From Thermoanaerobaculia bacterium (GTDB lineage Bacteria; Acidobacteriota; Thermoanaerobaculia; Multivoradales; Multivoraceae), in NCBI GenBank assembly GCA_963666565.1, contig OY762911.1, forward strand, positions 2,816,001-2,880,000: DNA of 64,000 nucleotides, written 5' to 3'. The notes under the pieces are model-generated. The model searched no databases. It saw only the letters and a list, made by a program, of their open reading frames with translations, and was not told the DNA's origin. Both the position numbers and the translations under genes were made by a program. Positions 9,794 through 18,014 of the stretch are shown in pieces. Within the stretch, counting starts at the first letter, position 1, and each line of letters begins with the position of its first letter.

Positions 9794-9863
9794 GGTCGTC
9801 GCGCGGGCTTTCCGGCCCGCGATCCGGGCGCTCCCCGCGAAGCGACGAGCGCCTGTCCATCGA

Positions 9864-10760
9864 CTAGCTGGCGGCTTGCCTCAGCAGCTCGTCTAGCTTG
9901 AAGACCTCCGCCGCGTTCTCGCGCAGGAACTTCGGCCAGACGTGGTCGCGGAGCGGCAGATCGTCCATCTCGGTGAAGATGCGCTCGTAGGAGAGGCCGG
10001 GGAAGTAGCCCGCGTACAGGAACTTGTCCGGTCCCCGCTTGTTCGCGAAGTCGATCACGCTCCTGGGGTAGTGCTTGGGCGCCCAGGCCGAGGGCGAGTA
10101 GTAGAGGTTCGGCCACTTGAGCATCAGCTTGACGCACAGGTCGGTCCAGGGATCGCCGCCGTGGCGCATGACGACGCGGAGCTCCGGGAAGAACCAGGCG
10201 ACTTCGTCGAGCAACCCCGGGTACTGGCACTTGTAGGGCACCCGCGGCCCCGGCACGCCGACCAGCATGTTGATCGGGATGTCGAGCTCGATGCACTTGG
10301 CGTAGATCGGGTAGAAGCGCTTGTCGTCGATCGGAACCTGGGGATACGCGAGGCACGGCGCGGCGGACGCGGCCCGGATTGCCGGGTGGAGGTTGACCGT
10401 CGCTTCGAGCGCGCGCACGCCGTCCATGCCGGCGTTCGGATCGACGCCGACGGCGCCGAAGAAGCGCCCGGGGAATTCCTCGAAGATCTTGATCGCCGGC
10501 TCCGGGTTCTGGGCGTTGACGCCGATCTGGGCGATCCGGACGCCGAACGCGTCCATCATCGCGACGACGTCGGCCGCCGTCCAGGCCCTGTCCATGCGCC
10601 TCCCGGCGTCCTTGAACAGGTACTGGGCCGGATGGTGGGAGAAATCCTCCGTTCCGCGGTCGCGGCTGAGCCGCCGCACGGCCTCCATGCCCATGCCCTT
10701 GCCGCCGGCCGGAATGTCGAGAAACAGGTCGACGACGCCGATGTCCCTGGGTCTGCCCAT
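9864..10760 (-). CDS. Amidohydrolase_2 family metal-dependent hydrolase
   Basis: YPIYAKCIELDIP, FPELRVVMRHGGDPW, KWPNLY and SAWAPK motifs; ATG at 10760. Confidence 0.85.
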   Translation of the reverse strand: MGRPRDIGVVDLFLDIPAGGKGMGMEAVRRLSRDRGTEDFSHHPAQYLFKDAGRRMDRAWTAADVVAMMDAFGVRIAQIGVNAQNPEPAIKIFEEFPGRFFGAVGVDPNAGMDGVRALEATVNLHPAIRAASAAPCLAYPQVPIDDKRFYPIYAKCIELDIPINMLVGVPGPRVPYKCQYPGLLDEVAWFFPELRVVMRHGGDPWTDLCVKLMLKWPNLYYSPSAWAPKHYPRSVIDFANKRGPDKFLYAGYFPGLSYERIFTEMDDLPLRDHVWPKFLRENAAEVFKLDELLRQAAS

Positions 10761-10762
10761 CT

Positions 10763-12601
10763 TCACCCCTGGTTCGGATCCGGGTTGGCGCCCCCGCTCC
10801 CGGCGGCGAGGACGACGACCTCGATGGCGGCCTCCCGCATCGTGACCGCGAGCGTGCGTCCGTCCGGGCTCACGCTCGGCTGGAGCGCGCCGAGCGGGCC
10901 GGTCGTGACCTGTTCCGTTGCGCCGGTGGCGATGTCCACCCGCCACACCTGGAAGGGTCCGAAGCGGTCGTTGCGCGAATAGAAGAGCGACGCGCCGTCG
11001 GCGCTCCACTCGGGAGCGCTGTAGGGTTCGCCGTTGGTGAAGGCGAGGACGACCGTGGGGGTTCCGCCTTCCGCCGGCACCGTGCAGACGGTGACGCGTC
11101 CGTCCTCGAACGAGCGTCCGTAGAAGGCCAGCCGCTCGCCGTCCGGCGAGTAGCGGGCGCCCATGGCATAGCCCTCGAACCCGTCGAGCGGGACGCGGAC
11201 AGGGTCGCCGATCGCGAGCCCCGCGGCGGGATCGACGGCGATCGTGTACACGGACCCCGGATTCCCCTCGGACGGCGGCCCGTGGCTGCTGAAGGCGAGG
11301 GCCCGCCCGTCCGGACGCCAGTCCGGCTCGCCGGTGTCGGCGCCCGGTCCGAAGCGCGTGAGCCGGGTGGGTCGCTCGCTCCCGTCGACCGGGACGATCC
11401 ATATGTCGTCGCTCTGCTCCAGGTGCCCGTGGAAGGCGAGCCACCTGCCGTCGGGCGACCACGCGGCGCCGTAGTCCTCGTGCTCCTCCGAGAGGAGCGT
11501 CCGGACCGGGCCAGCCGGGGCGCCCTCCGCGTCGAGGTCGAGCACGCCCAGGTCGAAGTCGATGGGCATCAGGAGCCGTCGCCAGGAGAGCGTGGTGAAA
11601 CCGAGCGCCGCCCCGTCGGGGCGCCAGGAAGGCAGGAAGGCGCTCGTGCCGCCGGCCGTCGTCACGTCGACGGGTTCCCCGCCTGTCGCCGGAACGAGAC
11701 CCACCGCGGTGCGCGTGCGGTAGACGCTGAGCGCGACGCGACCGTCGGCCAGCGGCGTCACCGCGAGCACGTCATGGTCGCCGCGCGCCAGCCGTTCGGC
11801 CGGGCCGCCGTGAAGCGGCACGCGCCAGCCGACCAGGAGCGAGTCGTCGGGCCGCGCCGCCGCGAGATAGAGCGCGTCTCCCCCGGGTGACCACTCCACG
11901 CGGCTGTCCCATCCGAACCGGAAATCGGCGGCGAGCGTGCGCGTCTCGCCCGTCGCGATCGCCGTCACGGCCAGGTCGGCGCGGTATCCGGCCGCGACCT
12001 GAAGGTGCGCGACCGAGCGCCCGTCGGGAGATCGAACGGGCGCGGACCATCCCCCGGCGTCGCCGACGATCACGGTCGGGTCGCCCTGTTCGGGCGCAAA
12101 CGCGACCCACGCGGTATCGGCGCCCTCGTGCCGAAGCGCGGTCACGGTTCCGTCGGGCAACAGTCGCGGGTGGTCGACGCGCGCTTCCCCGGGGTCCACG
12201 ATGCGCGACTCCTCGCCGGTGGTCGGGTCCAGGGTCCAGACGCCGTGACTCTCGGGCCGGCGGTCGACGTACACGACGCGCGAACCGTCGGGCGACCAAG
12301 TTACCCGGAAGCGCTCCGCCGGCGTGGTGGTCAACACGCTGCCGGACCCGGTGGCAACGTCGTAGACAGTCAGCGATCTGGCGCCCGCGGCAAAGTCGGC
12401 GAACACGACCCGGTCGCCGGCGGGCGAAGGGATGCCGGGATAGGCGTCGTAGAGGTCGGTGTGGACGTGCCGCGCGAGGACGACTTCCGATACCTCCGGA
12501 ACCTCTTCGACGTCGCTTCCGCACGCAGCAGCGAGGAGGGGCACCGCCAGGACGCAGCCGGACAGGGCCGGCCGTCGCCGTGAGCGCCGCGGGTGGGTCA
12601 C
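10763..12601 (-). CDS. TolB-like PD40 beta-propeller lipoprotein
   Basis: Lipobox LAAAC; repeated WSPDG/WRPDG/YSPDG/VSPDG blades; GTG start at 12601 inferred. Confidence 0.8.
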   Translation of the reverse strand: MTHPRRSRRRPALSGCVLAVPLLAAACGSDVEEVPEVSEVVLARHVHTDLYDAYPGIPSPAGDRVVFADFAAGARSLTVYDVATGSGSVLTTTPAERFRVTWSPDGSRVVYVDRRPESHGVWTLDPTTGEESRIVDPGEARVDHPRLLPDGTVTALRHEGADTAWVAFAPEQGDPTVIVGDAGGWSAPVRSPDGRSVAHLQVAAGYRADLAVTAIATGETRTLAADFRFGWDSRVEWSPGGDALYLAAARPDDSLLVGWRVPLHGGPAERLARGDHDVLAVTPLADGRVALSVYRTRTAVGLVPATGGEPVDVTTAGGTSAFLPSWRPDGAALGFTTLSWRRLLMPIDFDLGVLDLDAEGAPAGPVRTLLSEEHEDYGAAWSPDGRWLAFHGHLEQSDDIWIVPVDGSERPTRLTRFGPGADTGEPDWRPDGRALAFSSHGPPSEGNPGSVYTIAVDPAAGLAIGDPVRVPLDGFEGYAMGARYSPDGERLAFYGRSFEDGRVTVCTVPAEGGTPTVVLAFTNGEPYSAPEWSADGASLFYSRNDRFGPFQVWRVDIATGATEQVTTGPLGALQPSVSPDGRTLAVTMREAAIEVVVLAAGSGGANPDPNQG

Positions 12602-12695
12602 CGCCCGACTCCCTCCACCTCGCAACGGCCCAAGTGGCCCGCTCGCGGTCCGGGAGCAGGGGTGGAGAGCGCGACGCGACGAAGCAAGGAGGAAC

Positions 12696-14858
12696 TCAGG
12701 CTTCCGGTTCGCCGGCCTTGCGCTTCTCGTCCAAGGCCGACATCAGGCCGACCTCGTTCAGGTACGTGCCGGCCTTCGCGTCCTTCGCTGCCTCGACCTG
12801 CGCCTGGCTCGCGCCGGCTTCGGCGAGAGCGGAGAAGGGGCACCTGCCGGCGCCCTCCGCGGCCTTCGTCTCAGCCTCGGCGACCGCGGCCGCCTGGTCG
12901 CCGTCGCCCTTGCCGATCTCGTAGGCCGCGATCATCTGCTCCATCAGCTCGTGGCCGAGCGCGATGCCTTCCTCGACCGTCTTGATGCCGATCTCCGGGA
13001 CGTGCTTCTCGCGGGCCACGAGCTCGACGCGCTCCTGGGTGCGGTCGCGCATGAAGCCGGCGGGAACGCGGAGAATGCGCTCGACCGCTTCGGACGACCA
13101 CTCGAAGGTCGAGAGCAGCGGCACGCGGTCGTCGTCGCGGGCGATCAGCTTGCGCTCGTCCGCGGGCGCTTCGGCGCCGCCGGCGCCGTTGCCGTTCGCC
13201 CCGGCGGCCTCGCGGGCCTCGATCGTCACCGGCTCGCCCGTTTCGTCCTCGATCATCGCGCGCGCGAACTCGAAGGTAACGGTCGGCAGCTTGCTCATCC
13301 GCGCCTTCTTCTCGATCCGCGCCTTGGCGCGGCGGCGGCGGTAGAGGTCCTCGATCGTCTTGAGGGCGAGGCGGGCGTCGGCGGTCCACTTCAGCTTGCG
13401 GCCGTCGTAGGTCGTCTCGACTTCCAGGCCGCCCTCCATCTCGGCGATCCGGTCGAGCATCTCCTCGGTGATCCGCTCGAAGGACTCGCTGCCGCAGACT
13501 GCGCAGCGCACCGGGTCCGGCTCGGCCGACGTGACGCCGCACTTCTTGCAGATGAAGGTCGGCCGGCTGCGCGCGAGCTGCAGGGCGACCTTCTCGGCCA
13601 GGGCCTCCGTCTCACGGGCGGTGTACTTCGGCATGTAGCGGTCCATCGCCTCGTCGAGCACGTCGGAGGAGATCACGCTGTGGCCCTGCTCGACCGCCAG
13701 GCGGTAGAGGGCGGTACGCGCGATGCCGCGCACCTGCTCCGGAACGCGCTTGAAGCGCTCCTCGGCTTCGGGCGTCCAGCGGATGCTCTCCTCGGCCTTG
13801 ACGTCGAGTTCCGGGTACTCCAGCCGGGTGGTCAGGAGCAGGTCGCAGGGGCAGGCGCGGAGCAGGTTCTCGGCGTTGCTGCCGAGACCGGTCTCGCTCT
13901 CGTCGCTGTGGACGCCGACACGGCCGACGACCAGCATCCACGGGTCGATCTTCCTTGCGTGGTCGAGGACCTTCTGGAACGCCTTGCCGTCGAGGAGCGT
14001 CTTCGTCAACTCGACGCCGACCTCGGTCGCCATCGTCTCCGCGACGTCCAGGTGGGACTGGTAGATCTGCGCCAGACCGGTGTCGATGATCTCCTCGTGG
14101 AGCTGGTTCTGCTCCTCGAAGCGGAAGATCTTCGCGGCGCGCTCGGTCAGCACGTTGACCACGCCCTTGAACACGGAGTAGTGGAGGTACGGGTCGTAGA
14201 CGGAGATCGCCTCGACCTTCTTGCCGAACGTCTTCGCCAGGTCGATGGCCGTCATCAGGGCGCCGAAGGACTGGGGCGAACCGTCGACGCCGACCAGGAT
14301 CGTGTCCCGGACCGGCGCTTCGGCGTGGCTGCCGTTGCCGTTGCCGTTCGTCCCGTGCGCGCGGGCCGGCAGGCTCTTGATGACCAGCACGTCCCTGTCG
14401 GCGGTGCGGGCGACCCGCTCGCAGACCGAGCCGATCTGGGTGTCGCGGACGCGGCCGATGCCCATCACGCCGAGCACGGTCAGGTCGTAGCCGGACTCGC
14501 GGATGTCGCGCACGATCTCCACGTGGTGCTTGCCGTCCATCATCTTCGGCTCGAACTCGAGCCCGGCGTCGTCGCAGACCGCCTTCATCGGCTCGAGGTA
14601 GCTCTCGGAGATGAGCTCAAGCCCCATCGTGATGAGGGAGTCGTGGATCTTCCGCTGGCGGTCGAGCTCCGTCTCCTCGAGGTACTCGTCCGGGAGGGTG
14701 TACTCCATCTGCTTGAACCGGTAGTCGTGCATGCTGGCCGCGTAGACGTGGCAGCCGACCATCGTGGAGTCGAACTTGCGGCCCAGTTCGACCGCCGAGG
14801 CGATCGCCTGGTTCGAGTAGTCCGAGTTGTCGACGGGGACGTAGATCGTCTTGTACAT
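12696..14858 (-). CDS. Tandem universal-stress-protein domains fused to three PCP_red-like repeats, a rubredoxin-like Zn ribbon and a CPF motif
   Basis: MYKTIYVPVDNS..GSVCERV and ILVGVDGS..GSNAENL (two USP domains); WTPEAEER, WTADAR, WSSEAVER repeats; CKKC..CAVC; RCPF; ATG at 14858. Confidence 0.85.
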   Translation of the reverse strand: MYKTIYVPVDNSDYSNQAIASAVELGRKFDSTMVGCHVYAASMHDYRFKQMEYTLPDEYLEETELDRQRKIHDSLITMGLELISESYLEPMKAVCDDAGLEFEPKMMDGKHHVEIVRDIRESGYDLTVLGVMGIGRVRDTQIGSVCERVARTADRDVLVIKSLPARAHGTNGNGNGSHAEAPVRDTILVGVDGSPQSFGALMTAIDLAKTFGKKVEAISVYDPYLHYSVFKGVVNVLTERAAKIFRFEEQNQLHEEIIDTGLAQIYQSHLDVAETMATEVGVELTKTLLDGKAFQKVLDHARKIDPWMLVVGRVGVHSDESETGLGSNAENLLRACPCDLLLTTRLEYPELDVKAEESIRWTPEAEERFKRVPEQVRGIARTALYRLAVEQGHSVISSDVLDEAMDRYMPKYTARETEALAEKVALQLARSRPTFICKKCGVTSAEPDPVRCAVCGSESFERITEEMLDRIAEMEGGLEVETTYDGRKLKWTADARLALKTIEDLYRRRRAKARIEKKARMSKLPTVTFEFARAMIEDETGEPVTIEAREAAGANGNGAGGAEAPADERKLIARDDDRVPLLSTFEWSSEAVERILRVPAGFMRDRTQERVELVAREKHVPEIGIKTVEEGIALGHELMEQMIAAYEIGKGDGDQAAAVAEAETKAAEGAGRCPFSALAEAGASQAQVEAAKDAKAGTYLNEVGLMSALDEKRKAGEPEA

Positions 14859-14929
14859 GGCGGTGTTTCCTGGGTTGACGGAGTGTCGGTTCCGAATGCT
14901 GCGGGGTGGGTTTACGAGGTCGATGCGAG

Positions 14930-16708
14930 TCAGACGGCCGGCGCCTCGGCGGCGACGACGGCGTCGCCCGCGCCTTCCTCGCCGGCCGCCTTCTGGCGCG
15001 CGCGGCGGCGGACCAGGAACACGACGGCCAGCTCGAGAACGAGCACGATCAGGGCGGCGCGAAGCACGGGGCCGGCCACGGCCTGCTCGACGCTCGGTTC
15101 GGTGTAGACGTAGAACCAGGACGACAGCGCTCGCTTGTTGCCGCGTTCGCGGTTGAAGCCGTCCCAGACGCTGAAGGCGACCGGCGTGTACTGCTCTTCG
15201 GCGAAGCTGACGCCGGCTCGCGACGAGCGCCGCCGCTTGTACGTCACGGTCCACGCGCCCTGGTCGTACGACGTTACGGCCTCGACGATGTCCGCTTCGG
15301 TCGCTTCGATCGCGTCGCTGCCGCGCCCCCGGAACGTGTCCGCGACCCCGTAGGTCAGGTTGACGAACCAGAGATCGACCGGGTTCTGGGCGTCGCCGTA
15401 GAGGAAGTACGGTTTGAGTTCGGGAGTCTCTTCGGGCGCCAGCGTCGCCGGGAACTGCAGCGCCACGGCGTCGGAGAACTCGGCGCCGCCGGCGCCCGCG
15501 TCGGCGGTTCCGAAGAAGTCGTCGCCGCCGTCGCCGAAGAAGTCGTCGCCGCTGTCGCCGAAGAAGTCGTCTTCCGCCGGTGCTTCCTCGCCGCCGAAGT
15601 CGCCGAAGAAGTCGTCGGAGTCGCCAGCGTCGTCGTCCGCATCGCCGCCGATGCCGTTGTCCTCGTCCCACATCGGCACTTCCAGGCTCGGGCTGTTGCG
15701 GCCCGAGGTGTCGGCGCGCAGATCGTTCCAGCGGACCCGGAAGGCGATCTCGTCGCGGTTGTAGACCGCCTGGGCCTCGATCGAGGTCACGGAGGGGAAG
15801 AAGTTCCGCCCCGGTTCGGTGATCTGGCCGACCAGGGGGAACCGGGTCGTCGGCGCGGCCTCGAACAGCGCGTCGAGCGATTCTCCGTCCTGCAGGTCGA
15901 TCGGCTCCTCCGAATAGACCGCCGTGATCAGGGTGCCGTAGTTGGGCTCGTCCGCGTCGCCCAGGGAGTAGACGTAGTTCACCAGGTGCTGGCGATCCTC
16001 GACTTCGAGCGAGTCCGCGTAGGAGGGCATCGGCGTACCGTTCAGCCCGGTCGAGAACGTGCGGTAGATGTCCTCCTTGGTCGGTCCGCCGCGGTAGGTC
16101 CAGCGCTGGGTCAGGTCGGCGACCTTGATCGGGTCGCCCTTGTCGTTGACCAGGGTCGGCGCCGACGCGCCGTCGCCCCGTCCGACCTCGCCGTGGCAGG
16201 CGGCGCAGCCCTGCTCCTCGTAGACCACGCGGCCGCGGGCGATCGACTCTTCGGTCGATTCGAGAGGCCGGGGAATGTCGATCGGCTCGCCGTAGCGGTC
16301 GGGATTCTCGAAGTCGGCCGAGAAGGACTTGATGTAGTAGATGACGTTGTCGATCTCGGCGCTCGTCAGGTTCGGCCAGCCCGGCATCGAGGTGTAGGGG
16401 GCGCCGATCTCGATGATCCGGCGCAGGTCGTCGTCCGTCGGCAGCATGCCGTTCGGCGTGGTGCGGAACTTGTACGTGCCCGTCGTGAAGTCGCGCGGCT
16501 TCGGCTTGACCCGGGGCGTGGCGTAGCCGTTGCCGTCGCCAGTATCGCCGTGGCACTGGCCGCAGTACTTGTCGTAGACGACCTTGCCGGCCGCTTGCTG
16601 CTCCTCCGTGCCCAGGTCGACCTGGGCGTTGGCCGGTAGCGCCACGAGCAGAGCGACGGCAGCGAGCGTTGCCGCGGCCTGAGTGCGTCGGTTGGCGTGC
16701 GCGGTCAT
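14930..16708 (-). CDS. Diheme cytochrome c fused to an ethylbenzene-dehydrogenase gamma (EbdC/NxrC-like) domain, C-terminal TM anchor
   Basis: Signal peptide, CGQCH and CAACH, IAFRVRWND..FSDAVALQFP..KPYF..VAFSVWDG..ERGNK; start overlaps the upstream stop (TGATG). Confidence 0.85.
   Translation of the reverse strand: MTAHANRRTQAAATLAAVALLVALPANAQVDLGTEEQQAAGKVVYDKYCGQCHGDTGDGNGYATPRVKPKPRDFTTGTYKFRTTPNGMLPTDDDLRRIIEIGAPYTSMPGWPNLTSAEIDNVIYYIKSFSADFENPDRYGEPIDIPRPLESTEESIARGRVVYEEQGCAACHGEVGRGDGASAPTLVNDKGDPIKVADLTQRWTYRGGPTKEDIYRTFSTGLNGTPMPSYADSLEVEDRQHLVNYVYSLGDADEPNYGTLITAVYSEEPIDLQDGESLDALFEAAPTTRFPLVGQITEPGRNFFPSVTSIEAQAVYNRDEIAFRVRWNDLRADTSGRNSPSLEVPMWDEDNGIGGDADDDAGDSDDFFGDFGGEEAPAEDDFFGDSGDDFFGDGGDDFFGTADAGAGGAEFSDAVALQFPATLAPEETPELKPYFLYGDAQNPVDLWFVNLTYGVADTFRGRGSDAIEATEADIVEAVTSYDQGAWTVTYKRRRSSRAGVSFAEEQYTPVAFSVWDGFNRERGNKRALSSWFYVYTEPSVEQAVAGPVLRAALIVLVLELAVVFLVRRRARQKAAGEEGAGDAVVAAEAPAV
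15510..15615 (-). repeat. Coding repeat encoding DDFFG x4
   Basis: ccgaagaagtcgtc at 15510, 15534 and 15558 (24-nt period) and at 15602. Confidence 0.8.
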
Positions 16709-17526
16709 CAGTGCTGCCCCAGAGCGCGCGGCTCGTAGCCGTTGAAGTCGTAGATGAACAGGTTGACGTCCCACATCTCCTCGGCGGTCAGGAACTTCTC
16801 CCAGGCCGGCATGGCGCTGTCCCAAGGTGTGCCGCCTGCTGGCATGCCGGGAGCGCCCTTGGCGATCCGCCAGTGAACGAACGAGGATTGCAGGGCTGGC
16901 AGCGTGCCGACGTCGTTGAAGTTGCTGGGCACCGGGTTCAGGCCGTGGGCGAACATGCCGTCGCCTCCCATGCCGTCGCCGTGGCACCAGAAGCAGTTCT
17001 CGTAGTAGACGCGGCGGCCGTTCTCCAGGTGCTTCCCGTACAGCTCCGGGTCGTCGTGCTTGTAGTGGAGGTACGGGTTGTCGGCCGTCGCCATGTCGAT
17101 CGTCTCGTCGTGAACGGTGAGTTCAGTGGGCGGCGGCGGATGGATCTCGCGGCCGAATCCGGGCGCCTCGAGCGGCATGGTCAGGTCGGCGTAGGCGTTG
17201 TAGGCAGCCAGCGCCGGAAGCGCGACGAGGAGTCCCGCCAGGGCGAGGCGATAGCGCGGTTCGAGGATCAGCCGCTTGATGGGCTGCACCGTCTCGGCCA
17301 GCCGCTCGCGGCTCGAAGACGCGTAGGTGACGAGCGCCAGCCCGGTGATCGCCAGGTAGATCGTTGCGACGGACTGCGGGATCGGCACCACGAAGCCGAA
17401 CTTGAAGAAGGCCCACAGGCCGACCAGACTGTAGAGGAGCCAGGCGAGGGTGTGGGCCCGCCGCCAGACGAGCAATCCGCCGATCGCGGCCAGGGCGAGA
17501 ACAACAGGAAGGTTGAGTCCCCACAT
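16708..17526 (-). CDS. Membrane-anchored monoheme cytochrome c
   Basis: N-terminal TM helices, CFWCH, distal SAMPAW Met. Confidence 0.87.
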   Translation of the reverse strand: MWGLNLPVVLALAAIGGLLVWRRAHTLAWLLYSLVGLWAFFKFGFVVPIPQSVATIYLAITGLALVTYASSSRERLAETVQPIKRLILEPRYRLALAGLLVALPALAAYNAYADLTMPLEAPGFGREIHPPPPTELTVHDETIDMATADNPYLHYKHDDPELYGKHLENGRRVYYENCFWCHGDGMGGDGMFAHGLNPVPSNFNDVGTLPALQSSFVHWRIAKGAPGMPAGGTPWDSAMPAWEKFLTAEEMWDVNLFIYDFNGYEPRALGQH

Positions 17527-17528
17527 GG

Positions 17529-18014
17529 TCAGTATCCGAGTTCAGTGTCCAGGGTCACGGTCGGCGTTCCGCCCAGACTCTGCAACCAGGCAATCACCGC
17601 TTTCATTTCGTCTTCCGAGAGGCTGATCGGCGGCTGGTCTATCGGCTGCATTCCATCGGCAAAGCCGGGAACGATGAACGCCGCCGGTTCGTAGAGGGAC
17701 TGGGCCAGGTACTCGAGGCCGGAGAGCCCTTCGATCTGGGTCGCTGCGCGGGCGCCGATGCCGTCCAGGTCCGGGTAGCGGAGCGGCCCGCTCTGGCCGA
17801 CGGTGTGACAGCCGACCAGGCACTGTCCCTTGCCGCTGGCGAGTTCCGCGCCGACCGCGACCAGATCCTCCGTCGTCATCTCGGCGCTGATCAGCACGGG
17901 CGGCGGCGGATGGGCCTCCTTCTGCGGCACGATCTGGCCCAGGTACATGTAGAAGGCCGTCGTACCGAGCACGAGCAGGACCAGCCGCAGGGGCATGGGG
18001 ACGCTCAGCTTCAT
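17529..18014 (-). CDS. Small membrane-anchored cytochrome c with atypical CX3CH motif
   Basis: N-terminal TM, GKGQCLVGCHT, PDLDGIG, EYLAQSLYEP, GMQP. Confidence 0.8.
   Translation of the reverse strand: MKLSVPMPLRLVLLVLGTTAFYMYLGQIVPQKEAHPPPPVLISAEMTTEDLVAVGAELASGKGQCLVGCHTVGQSGPLRYPDLDGIGARAATQIEGLSGLEYLAQSLYEPAAFIVPGFADGMQPIDQPPISLSEDEMKAVIAWLQSLGGTPTVTLDTELGY

Noticed and set aside
4731-14858. PCP_red-like domains as evidence of (bacterio)chlorophyll synthesis
   Set aside because: No bchL/N/B catalytic domains or other photosynthesis genes; only the small C-terminal module is present
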